Shown here one piece after another: positions 55,870 through 64,000 of a stretch of 64,000 bases of DNA. The position numbers and the translations under genes are program-made. The DNA is from a bacterium (lineage in GTDB: Bacteria; Patescibacteriota; Minisyncoccia; Phycocordibacterales; UBA5272): positions 1,940 through 65,939 of the forward strand of contig JAHFMX010000006.1 of assembly GCA_023267635.1 (NCBI GenBank), read 5' to 3'. Position 1 is the first letter of the stretch; the number at the start of each line of letters is the position of its first letter. The notes beneath the pieces were generated by a model. The model did not search any database. It was not told where the DNA came from and saw nothing but the letters and a program-made list of their open reading frames with translations.

Positions 55870-57771
55870 ATGGCTACTAATATTACAGTTAATGATAAAA
55901 AATTAACAAACGTTGCAACTAATCAAGCAATATGTACTAATTTCATTAGCACAATACGATATGCAAACTTTTCGACTACTTATTATGTAACAGAAGATGT
56001 AGCTCAAATCTCTGTAATCTTTCCAAACTGGTATGTTGATCAAGGTGCCACTCAAACAGAACTAGGCTCCGGTTCAGATATTACAATAGAGGCAAGTATA
56101 GAGTACCCACCAAATGTATTTAACCCATTAACATTTTCTGGTAAAACTATAGGCACCATTCCAAATGGTGAAAATATTGTTGCTGATGCTGTGAGACTGC
56201 GACTACAAAAAGGTGAAAAATTTAAACTAAGAGGCTACTTGGTTACACCTTCAGGAATGCCATTAATAACTACTATTTTCATTGATCCTGAAGGAACTCT
56301 ATGTGAAACAAGCGCGACATTATTGACAAATAAAACTTTGGGCGGTGATATAGTCAATACATCTTCTGGTTTTGATTCACAATCTTATGGAAGCGTCGCC
56401 ATATTAGGCTTAGCGTCTGGGCCTAGTGTATATGTTATAGGAACGTCCAGGACTAGAGGCTCATTAGACATTAAGGACCTATCTCTAGGGACTGGTGAAG
56501 TATGCAGAACATTGGCTAATAGCAATATTTCTTTTTGTAATGCAGCCGTCGGCAGTGATGGAATATTCTACTTTTTGAGATCAAATGCTAAAAGAATTAA
56601 ATTACTACAGTACTATAACAACATTGTTATTTCACATGGTGTGAATGATCTTCTTTACTCCCCCGGAGCATTTTTCTCTTATTACAAAGCTGTATTGGAG
56701 TTAATACCAAAAGATATAGCAGTTTTCTTGTGTACAATAGCACCTTGGACTACTTCTACCGATGGATGGGCAACTACGACAAACCAAACTATTACAGCTA
56801 ATGAGCCAAATAGACTAGTATTTAATTCAACCTTAAAAAATGGAAAAATTAAAGGAGTATCTGGGTACTTTGACATAAATGATGCTCAATCAAGTAGCTT
56901 TCTATCTGGTAAATGGGAGCCAGGGGCAACTGATGACGGCATACATGCAAATGGTTTTGGGTATCAATTGCCAGTTTATAGAAAAGCAATAGACATAACA
57001 AAGTTTAAGCCACAAACAAACACGCAAGATAAAATAGAGTTCCCATATACTGAGGTATTCACATTTACATGGTCGTCTGGGGGAGCTAAAACATTAACCT
57101 TTACACCGACATCTGATGCTGGGATAGTCTTTGAAAACTCAGATGGTGTTATACAAAATAATGGGTTTTCTAGCACTGTAAAAAAAGGTGAGAAAATGAG
57201 GATTAAGGCAAAGTATCCAGAATTTATTGGGTATCTTAACTTCAATTCAAAAGGAGTTATTAGCACTGTATTTCCTAGTCTTACAAAGTACGTTGAACTT
57301 GTATCTTTTGACTGCTCTTCTAACACTATCTCTGGAACAATAGGAACCCTAGATTACAATCCGTTGCTCGTTAACTTTTTTGTACTTCTTAATCAATTGA
57401 CTGGAAGCATACCAAGCTTAACCAAAAATACCTTACTAGGCTCTTTCCAAGCACATTTTAATCAAATATCTGGGGGTATTCCTGATCTGAGTGCTAATAC
57501 TGTTTTAACAACATTTGATGTTCATAGTAATCAACTTACAACTTATGCAGGCGGAACCATAGGGCCTATACTAAGAACATTCAATGCTTCTAGTAACTTA
57601 CTACCTGCTGCTGAAATAAATAAAATACTGGCTGCTTTTGTAGCAGCAAACATAACCACAGGAACAAGAACGCTGACACTTGGAGGAACTGGTAATGCTG
57701 CTCCTACTGGTCAGGGAGTTACAGATAAAGCAACGCTTATAACAGCTGGCTGGACTGTTAGTACTAACTAG
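55870..57771 (+). CDS. tail fibre/spike with SGNH-hydrolase-like esterase domain and C-terminal leucine-rich-repeat-like segment
   Basis: SGNH block III ISHGVNDLL and block V TDDGIHANGFG; C-terminal NQLTGSIPSLTKNTLLGSFQAHFNQISGGIPDLSANTVLTTFDVHSNQLT. Confidence 0.5.
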   Translation: MATNITVNDKKLTNVATNQAICTNFISTIRYANFSTTYYVTEDVAQISVIFPNWYVDQGATQTELGSGSDITIEASIEYPPNVFNPLTFSGKTIGTIPNGENIVADAVRLRLQKGEKFKLRGYLVTPSGMPLITTIFIDPEGTLCETSATLLTNKTLGGDIVNTSSGFDSQSYGSVAILGLASGPSVYVIGTSRTRGSLDIKDLSLGTGEVCRTLANSNISFCNAAVGSDGIFYFLRSNAKRIKLLQYYNNIVISHGVNDLLYSPGAFFSYYKAVLELIPKDIAVFLCTIAPWTTSTDGWATTTNQTITANEPNRLVFNSTLKNGKIKGVSGYFDINDAQSSSFLSGKWEPGATDDGIHANGFGYQLPVYRKAIDITKFKPQTNTQDKIEFPYTEVFTFTWSSGGAKTLTFTPTSDAGIVFENSDGVIQNNGFSSTVKKGEKMRIKAKYPEFIGYLNFNSKGVISTVFPSLTKYVELVSFDCSSNTISGTIGTLDYNPLLVNFFVLLNQLTGSIPSLTKNTLLGSFQAHFNQISGGIPDLSANTVLTTFDVHSNQLTTYAGGTIGPILRTFNASSNLLPAAEINKILAAFVAANITTGTRTLTLGGTGNAAPTGQGVTDKATLITAGWTVSTN

Positions 57772-57788
57772 CTTTCAGTAGAGCTGTG

Positions 57789-57812
57789 ATATTATTATTA
57801 TTATTATTATTA
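57789..57812. repeat. (TTA)8 microsatellite in intergenic spacer
   Basis: Read directly. Confidence 0.8.
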
Positions 57813-57867
57813 ACTTAGGTGTAAGTTTAGTAGAGTATAAATATTTTTAGATTAGGAGATCAGTACC

Positions 57868-58713
57868 ATGGCAACACCAACTGTAACACTTTGGCCTTCA
57901 GCATCAAGTACAAAGCTGTCCAATATTTTATATGACCTAAGCACTAATACAACAGCCGGTGTGGGCACGTTTGTTGTCCCAAGCAATGTCAGTCTTATCT
58001 ATGTTGATGCTTGTAGTGGAGCCGGTGGCTCAGCCGGTGGACATTCTGCTGACCCAGGCGGTGGTGGTGGAGCCGGTGGATCAGGGCAGTGTGTTAATAT
58101 GTTATCTTTGGCAGTAACACCAGGAAGCACCCTAACATTAACAATCGGCGCAGCAGGAACACCTGGTACAGCAGGCAATGACGGTGCAACTTCAGGAGGA
58201 AACACGACAATAGATGGTGTTATATGGACTGGTTCATCAACGCCAAATTTATTCAAATTAACAGGAGGCATTCTTGCCTCAAAAGGTACTGTTACTAATG
58301 GTGGAGCAGGTGGTTCAGCAGGTAGTTCTTCTGCTGCTGCTGGAGCTACTGGCACTGGCACTGGTGCAAGTGGTGGTACAGTTTCTTCAGTTATTGGAGT
58401 TTTAAATTCGAGAGCTTATTCTGCGGCAGGTGGTTCAGCAGGTGGTGGTGCTACAGGCCCAGGAGCTGGTGGTGCTGGTACTGCTATAGGTATAGCAACA
58501 GATTCCAGTATATTTATTTCTGGTGGTGCAGCATCTGGCACTAAGGGTGGTGGTGCAGCAGGTACTAATTCACAATATGGTAAAGGCGGAGCTGGTGGAA
58601 CTGGCACAACTCCAGGTGGTAATGCTACTGGATATGGATCGTCAGGTGGCGGCGGAAGTGCTACTACAGGTGGTGGTTTAAGTATGCCAGGCTTTGTTAT
58701 GATTTATTATTGA
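57868..58713 (+). CDS. glycine-rich virion protein
   Basis: GAGGSAGGHSADPGGGGGAGGSG and repeated GG-x-G tracts, about 30% Gly; AGGAG SD. Confidence 0.45.
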   Translation: MATPTVTLWPSASSTKLSNILYDLSTNTTAGVGTFVVPSNVSLIYVDACSGAGGSAGGHSADPGGGGGAGGSGQCVNMLSLAVTPGSTLTLTIGAAGTPGTAGNDGATSGGNTTIDGVIWTGSSTPNLFKLTGGILASKGTVTNGGAGGSAGSSSAAAGATGTGTGASGGTVSSVIGVLNSRAYSAAGGSAGGGATGPGAGGAGTAIGIATDSSIFISGGAASGTKGGGAAGTNSQYGKGGAGGTGTTPGGNATGYGSSGGGGSATTGGGLSMPGFVMIYY

Positions 58714-58720
58714 GAATTAT

Positions 58721-58891
58721 ATGAAAAAAATTATTTTAATTTTACTATTTATTTCAACAAGCTTAAATGCAAAAACATATTACGTTGATAATAAAATTCC
58801 AACTGATAGTAACACATATAATCCGATAACATATTCGGCAATAGGTGGAACTGAATCAGCATTTAAAACAATTAAATCTCTTAATGCTTGA
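58721..58891 (+). CDS. small secreted protein (56 aa), very AT-rich, not in the track
   Basis: Signal peptide MKKIILILLFISTSLNA. Confidence 0.35.
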   Translation: MKKIILILLFISTSLNAKTYYVDNKIPTDSNTYNPITYSAIGGTESAFKTIKSLNA

Positions 58892-59081
58892 TATACCAAT
58901 TGACCACAGACCACTTGAGTACTCATATCACACAGAGTGTCGTGTTAAGATTGAAGAAAAGGGTTGCGCTATATGCCATGCGGGTACAGAGAAAGGCCAT
59001 ATAAGTGACCGAGTAATATGGGTAAGAAAAAATTGCATTGAAGATTCTGAAATATTAAAACGTATAGGTGAACTAAAATGA
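58884..59081 (+). CDS. small Cys/His-containing protein
   Basis: 65 aa from the internal ATG of ORF 58845-59081; HTECRVKIEEKGCAICHAGTEKGH. Confidence 0.3.
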   Translation: MLDIPIDHRPLEYSYHTECRVKIEEKGCAICHAGTEKGHISDRVIWVRKNCIEDSEILKRIGELK

Positions 59082-59383
59082 TAACTCCAGCAGTAGCAGC
59101 ACTAATACTTAACTCTTTAGGTTTTATAAAAGCTTTGCACAAAGGTGAAGAAATTGAACACAAAGAGGTGTACAAGAACACCCAGTCTTTGATGAACATG
59201 ACGTTATTTTCTCTTTGGGTGGTGTCCCAGGTATTTCCTGGGCTTGGCCTTGATGAGGGCACAGAAAACTCAATTGCCTCTGGTTTAGTTGCAATAGTCA
59301 CTGTCTATAACACATGGTGCACCAATGCAACAAGCAAGAACGTAGGACTTGGTGCTATACCAGTGAAGTCAGAAGAAGTATGA
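59078..59383 (+). CDS. three-TM membrane protein; holin candidate
   Basis: Hydrophobic segments PAVAALILNSLGFI, LFSLWVVSQVFPGLGL, IASGLVAIVTVY; 101 aa; about 3 kb from the endolysin. Confidence 0.35.
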   Translation: MITPAVAALILNSLGFIKALHKGEEIEHKEVYKNTQSLMNMTLFSLWVVSQVFPGLGLDEGTENSIASGLVAIVTVYNTWCTNATSKNVGLGAIPVKSEEV

Positions 59384-59604
59384 CCACACTGGTAGCAATT
59401 AAAGATTTAAAAATGAGATTACATGGAGAATCTTTTTGGAGGGAGTATCACAAAGGTACAGAATTTGGGCTTATGGAGTACTCACAAGAAGAACCAAGAC
59501 CTTTGTATGCACATGTCAGTCTTCCTGATGGTGGTGATTCTTGGGCACCTTTGTTCAACCACGCCAGAAAAGAGCACAAACCAATATTTTTAACGAAGGG
59601 CTAG
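59380..59604 (+). CDS. hypothetical protein
   Basis: ATGA-coupled internal start of ORF 59314-59604. Confidence 0.3.
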   Translation: MTTLVAIKDLKMRLHGESFWREYHKGTEFGLMEYSQEEPRPLYAHVSLPDGGDSWAPLFNHARKEHKPIFLTKG

Positions 59605-59613
59605 AAAAGACAA

Positions 59614-59784
59614 ATGAATAAAGTAGAAGAAACTTTAAAACACCTGGTTCTTAGAGGCCCTACGAAAAGTAGAGTAAACCTGCATAAGAATGCTAATGGT
59701 AGTTTGGACAATGCGTACTCGATTGGAGTTAAGGACGGTAAAATACTTTTGGCTAGAGAACTATTGAAGGAACTTAATAAATGA
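59614..59784 (+). CDS. small ORF (56 aa) coupled to portal start
   Basis: ATGA overlap with 59781. Confidence 0.25.
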   Translation: MNKVEETLKHLVLRGPTKSRVNLHKNANGSLDNAYSIGVKDGKILLARELLKELNK

Positions 59785-62213
59785 GTACAATGAATTATGG
59801 TCTTGGTGACGAAGATATAGCAGTTCCAACTTGGGAAGAAGCAGCTAAACCTGATATTGTAGAAGTTATGAAATTTGTTGAGGAGGCTGAGGCTAATGGA
59901 CTTGCACCTGAAGAAGTTTTATCACATGATCAGATGATGGTGTGGGAAGAATTCTTGGCTACAATGAATAGTGCAGAGCAGCCTCTTGAGCACTTTGCTG
60001 ATTTAACTGACTACATTGATAGCGTTGATCACAGTTACTTAGGGGGCTTGGCTTCCGATGTAATCAACTGGGTTATGTGGGACGAGGAAACCAGGAGAGA
60101 TTGGGAGTACCGTGAGGCAGAAGGCATTAGATTACTAGGAGTCTCAGACACACCATTAAGCAAAGCTCTCTTTGAAGGAGCGAGTCAGTTAGTGCACCCG
60201 ATACTAGCAGAGGCAACAATAGACTTCCATTCAAGAATGATGACTGAAATATGGCCTCCTGAAGGACCAGTCAAAGCCATTGTTCTTGGAGACTCAACAC
60301 CAGAACTAGAAGAACAGGCTGATCGTGTTTCAGATTACATGAACTATCAGTACACTGAAGACATGCCTGGTGGGTTTGAAGAAACTGACGCTATGCTGTT
60401 TAGGCTTACGCTTTCAGGTTCTTGCTTTAAGAAAACCTACAATGACCCTCTTACAGGTAAAAACGTTTCTAAGAAGGTAGAGGCTTCAGACTTCATAGTG
60501 CCCTACTCAGCTACAGACTTGGTATCAGCTCCACGCTTCACCCACAGATACCGGATGAATCACAACACAGTACTTAAACATCAACAAGCCGGATACTTCA
60601 CTAAACTTGTTGATGTACAACTGCCTACAACTACCAATGACACAACACAGAAATCCCCTCAACGAAGAGAGATAGATAGCGTAGAAGGGAGCAATGAAGG
60701 TTCTTCTATTGAAGACCCTACACATATTTTAATGGAAATGGTTGTGGACTTGGAAATTCCTGGAATGGAGGACACTGATCCAGTTACCGGTAAACCTACA
60801 GGCATCCTTAGACCCTACTTAGTTATTGTTGATTATGACTCTCAAAAGATTCTGCGAGTCCAAAGAATGTGGGAGCAGGATGATGAGAAGAAAGAAAAAA
60901 TTGTTGAGTACACTCATTTCAGACTTTTCCCTGGCCTTGGATTCTATGGTATGGGTCTTTTGCATTTTATGGGCAATCTGGTACTTGGTGCTAGTGGTTC
61001 GCTAAACAGTTTACTTGACTCAGCTGCATTCAGCAATTTCCAAGGGGGCTACAGATCAAGTGATGCACGAATATCTGGAGATCAGAAACCTCTGAAGCCC
61101 GGTGAATGGCGTGAGCTTAAGAACGTAACCGCAGAGGACTTACAGAAGGCTTTTTTCCGAGTGCCTTATGGGGAGCCTTCAGATGTTTTGTTTGATGTTC
61201 TGAAGTACCTGGATGAAAAAGCTTCAACCAGTTTCCTCTCAGCCGGACAAGTGATGACCGGCGAAGCAAACAACAATGCCCCGGTTGGGACAACCCTAGC
61301 TCTTATTGAGCAAGGCTCCAAGCCATTCAATGCAGTCCACATTCGTTTGCATCGTGCTATGCACGAAGAGTTCAGACGGTTGGCTAATCTTAATGGTAAG
61401 AACGTCCCTGAAGAAGGATACCCATACGCCATAGCAAGTAAGTCTAAAGTTATTTTTGCTGCAGACTTCGATGAAAGAGTCGATGTAATACCTGTTTCTG
61501 ACCCTAACATCATTAGCTCAACACAAAGGATTCACATAGCCCAAGCTGTTTTGCAAGTGGCAGAAGCCCATCCTGATGAAGTTAATATTTCTGAAGCAAT
61601 CAAGGCTTTCTTTACAGCGATCAGAGTGCCTAATGTTGATGCACTTATAGCAGATAACCAAGCAATAAAAGCCAATCAACAAAGAATGGCAGACATTGAG
61701 TATGAAGCCAAGCAGAAGGATATTGCCAAAGTACAGGCTGAGATAAACAAGCTTGAGGCTGAACGTGTACAAGTTACATTGACAGGAATGTACACAGCAT
61801 ACCAGGCGGCGCAAGTTGCCGTACAAGATGCAATGGGCACACCTGCTACGGTTGACCCTAAGACAGGAGTGGTTATTCAAGGGACTGCTCCTGGCCTTTC
61901 AGTTGCTACAGTTGCAGAACAGCTATTTCAAAGTGCCGGTGGTAAAGATTGGAATGGTTCACCACTACTTGATGAGGCACATGCTCAAGCACAACCACAG
62001 CAACCAGTTTTATCAAACTTTGCTCAAACACCTATGCAAGCACAGACAGCAGCTGTTGGTAATAACACAAGTCCAATGTTTCCGGCTAACCCTAAGATGC
62101 CTGAAGTGGGTACACCACCTTCAACAGCTCCTGTGGCAGCTCCTGCAAGTGGGTTAGTTGGAGCTAATGCAGGGATCGAAACACAAAGAGCTGATGGTGG
62201 ACTGAGTGCCTAG
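59781..62213 (+). CDS. putative portal protein with long C-terminal helical (barrel-like) extension
   Basis: 810 aa; sits between the terminase and the scaffold-like gene; C-terminal Q/A/K-rich helix (QRMADIEYEAKQKDIAKVQAEINKLEAERVQ) reminiscent of P22-type portal barrels. Confidence 0.45.
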   Translation: MSTMNYGLGDEDIAVPTWEEAAKPDIVEVMKFVEEAEANGLAPEEVLSHDQMMVWEEFLATMNSAEQPLEHFADLTDYIDSVDHSYLGGLASDVINWVMWDEETRRDWEYREAEGIRLLGVSDTPLSKALFEGASQLVHPILAEATIDFHSRMMTEIWPPEGPVKAIVLGDSTPELEEQADRVSDYMNYQYTEDMPGGFEETDAMLFRLTLSGSCFKKTYNDPLTGKNVSKKVEASDFIVPYSATDLVSAPRFTHRYRMNHNTVLKHQQAGYFTKLVDVQLPTTTNDTTQKSPQRREIDSVEGSNEGSSIEDPTHILMEMVVDLEIPGMEDTDPVTGKPTGILRPYLVIVDYDSQKILRVQRMWEQDDEKKEKIVEYTHFRLFPGLGFYGMGLLHFMGNLVLGASGSLNSLLDSAAFSNFQGGYRSSDARISGDQKPLKPGEWRELKNVTAEDLQKAFFRVPYGEPSDVLFDVLKYLDEKASTSFLSAGQVMTGEANNNAPVGTTLALIEQGSKPFNAVHIRLHRAMHEEFRRLANLNGKNVPEEGYPYAIASKSKVIFAADFDERVDVIPVSDPNIISSTQRIHIAQAVLQVAEAHPDEVNISEAIKAFFTAIRVPNVDALIADNQAIKANQQRMADIEYEAKQKDIAKVQAEINKLEAERVQVTLTGMYTAYQAAQVAVQDAMGTPATVDPKTGVVIQGTAPGLSVATVAEQLFQSAGGKDWNGSPLLDEAHAQAQPQQPVLSNFAQTPMQAQTAAVGNNTSPMFPANPKMPEVGTPPSTAPVAAPASGLVGANAGIETQRADGGLSA

Positions 62214-62430
62214 TATGAAAGACAAAGTACTTGAAGATTTAATAAGTGAATTGAAAGAAAGGAGAACTGCTGTTAGCTCAAGTATTCTGAAGGGGCGCTT
62301 AAGCTTTGAGGAGTACAAAAGGCAGTCAGGAATTTATTGTGCTATTGATGACACATTGGCAAGCATAGCAGTTAAGCAGGGTTCTGAGTCTACCAGAGAA
62401 GAAAAAGAGTTTGATGATCTAACCTGGTAA
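62206..62430 (+). CDS. small hypothetical protein
   Basis: ORF only. Confidence 0.3.
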   Translation: MPSMKDKVLEDLISELKERRTAVSSSILKGRLSFEEYKRQSGIYCAIDDTLASIAVKQGSESTREEKEFDDLTW

Positions 62431-62517
62431 ATCAGGGGGTTTTTCTTTATTGTTAAGAAAAACATGACTTATAATAATTTTGAATAAATACTCTAACTAA
62501 TTTTACATAGGAAATTT

Positions 62518-62913
62518 ATGAATTTTGAAGCTGAAAACGTGCCACTTGAAAAGTTACCTCAACCAGCAGGTTGGAGAATTTTAGTTGCACCGGTTAAGAT
62601 TGAAAAAGTTTCACAAGGCGGGATTGTCCTTGTCGATGATACTACTGAAGCAATGCAGTACTTCAGAAATGTTGGTAAAGTTTTGGCGGTTGGTAGTGAA
62701 TGCTACAAGCATCCAAAGTTTCAAGGTGGCATTGAGCTCACTGTTAAAGAACCGAGAGCCTGGTGTAAAGTGGGCGACATTATCCATTTCAATTCATTCA
62801 ATGGTGCGGACATAGTCCTCCATTATGAAGGGGAAGCGATAAAGTTAAAAATAATGAATGACGATTGTGTATTTTCGGTTATCCCTGATACGGATGTTCT
62901 GAAACTTGTATAA
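62518..62913 (+). CDS. GroES/Cpn10-like co-chaperonin
   Basis: Aligns by eye to E. coli GroES across both halves: RILVAPVKIEKVSQGGIVL ... GKVLAVG (RVIVKRKEVETKSAGGIVL ... GEVLAVG) and CKVGDIIHFN (VKVGDIVIFN). Confidence 0.7.
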   Translation: MNFEAENVPLEKLPQPAGWRILVAPVKIEKVSQGGIVLVDDTTEAMQYFRNVGKVLAVGSECYKHPKFQGGIELTVKEPRAWCKVGDIIHFNSFNGADIVLHYEGEAIKLKIMNDDCVFSVIPDTDVLKLV

Positions 62914-62944
62914 CCTGCAATAAGCAGCGAAAAGAGAGTTTACT

Positions 62945-63778
62945 ATGAATGAAGACGAGGGCTTTGACCCGGTAATAATTGATTCAGACATTGAGCTGGA
63001 TTTTGTTAATGATGAGCTTGTAGATAAGCTTGCAGAAGAAAAGAAAGTTGATGTAGAAGACAAGCCAACTGAAGACGAGGACGACGACAACACCCGGTAT
63101 GGTAAGAAGATTGAAAAGCGTTTTGCCAAGATAACTAAAAGGCACTACGAAGAGATTAACGAGTTGAAGAACCGTTTAACCTCAATGGAGAATGAGAATA
63201 AGGAACTCAAAGCTTCACAACATGCAGACAAGAGAACTCAGGAAGACCTGGACTACTCAGCTAAAGTTAGTGAGCTTTTAAAAAGTAAAAAGGAAGCACT
63301 TGATGTTGGAGATCATGATCAGGTGATTGATCTTGATCAAAAGATCATGGACTTGAAGATTGAGAAGAGTCGAGTGACTCCTCAAGTTGTTGAGTCAAAA
63401 CCTCAACAGAAAGCCCCGTCTAGTGAGGCTTCAGCACCACAAGCTTTGCTGGACTGGGAAGCTGAAAACCAATGGGTTTATAACCCTAAATTGGCTGCTA
63501 AGAAGGCTAAGGCTAATGAATTGCTTAAGTCACTTGTTGCTGAAGGCTGGGAAGTAAATGACCCAGAAACATTTGAAGAGCTTGACAAGAAGTTAGCAAG
63601 AGCTCCAGTAAATCCTTCAACAAGTGTTGATCGAGGCTCCTCTGTGGAGGGCACTGGCACTAGAGAAACCGGGCTATCAAGCACACAACGCAAACTACTA
63701 GCTGGAATGGGTCTGGATGTAAATGATCCAAAAGTAATAGCAAGGTTCAAAAAGAACACTAAGAGGAACGCAGCATGA
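62945..63778 (+). CDS. scaffolding-like protein (acidic, helical)
   Basis: Acidic N-terminus (EDKPTEDEDDDN), long K/E helices; position between portal and the next long ORF. Confidence 0.4.
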   Translation: MNEDEGFDPVIIDSDIELDFVNDELVDKLAEEKKVDVEDKPTEDEDDDNTRYGKKIEKRFAKITKRHYEEINELKNRLTSMENENKELKASQHADKRTQEDLDYSAKVSELLKSKKEALDVGDHDQVIDLDQKIMDLKIEKSRVTPQVVESKPQQKAPSSEASAPQALLDWEAENQWVYNPKLAAKKAKANELLKSLVAEGWEVNDPETFEELDKKLARAPVNPSTSVDRGSSVEGTGTRETGLSSTQRKLLAGMGLDVNDPKVIARFKKNTKRNAA

Positions 63779-64000
63779 GCAGGCCAGTAAAGAATTTAAA
63801 TACTTCAAGGGTGAGCAGAGAACAGGAAACACGTTCTTCTGCACCCTTGCATGAAAACTATGATGTGTCGTTAGATGATGACTATGAAGATGATGGTCTT
63901 TTATCTACACGTCGCATACCCGCTAGGGAAGGCTACCACCAAAGATGGGTGCGCACAACAATACATGGGGTCGAGGATTCTTCCAACGTCCAAAGAATGT
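63778..64000 (+). CDS. 5' part of a long ORF running off the window; probable major capsid protein by position
   Basis: ATGA-coupled to scaffold-like gene; open to the window end. Confidence 0.3.

Noticed and set aside
57868-58713. Collagen-like triple-helix protein
   Set aside because: The glycine spacing is irregular (GGxGG tracts), not Gly-X-Y
58845-58883. N-terminal 13 codons of track ORF 58845-59081
   Set aside because: They overlap the better-supported secreted-peptide ORF 58721-58891. The internal ATG at 58884 was used instead

Overview
The window reads as a large stretch of a tailed dsDNA bacteriophage (or prophage) genome, about 40% GC, densely coded, with no rRNA, tRNA or CRISPR visible by eye. 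Two transcription blocks are evident. The plus-strand block runs from about 46.1 kb to the window end and continues from position 1 to about 28.2 kb. In order it carries: a ribbon-helix-helix regulator; a prim-pol/D5-type primase-helicase; an AT-rich iteron/tandem-repeat region; a 3.4 kb island of small ORFs; a large terminase subunit interrupted by a mini-intein; a lipoprotein plus a GH108 endolysin; a tail fibre with SGNH-esterase and LRR-like domains; a glycine-rich protein; a holin-like membrane protein; a putative portal; a GroES-like co-chaperonin; a scaffold-like acidic protein; and a truncated ORF that is probably the capsid gene. From position 1 it continues with about 15 kb of virion and tail genes, including two proteins built from short tandem peptide repeats and a beta-helix tail spike, then two probable internal-virion proteins and a giant 4009-aa multi-domain ORF (15356-27385). 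The minus-strand block (46.0 kb down to 28.2 kb) is the early and replication module: an acidic first gene, a J-domain/zinc-finger mini-DnaJ, a family-A DNA polymerase, a Cas4-like nuclease, two Rha-like paralogs, a TraR-type zinc finger, a VRR-NUC nuclease, an SNF2 helicase, a KilA-N protein, a secreted FN3-like protein and many small unknowns. The most notable items are the giant polyvalent-like protein with two HExxH motifs and internally repeated modules; a phage-borne GroES together with a mini-DnaJ; the terminase mini-intein; the origin-like repeat region downstream of the primase; and the small-ORF island with tandem duplications. All functional calls are from motif recognition by eye. 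None is backed by a database search.
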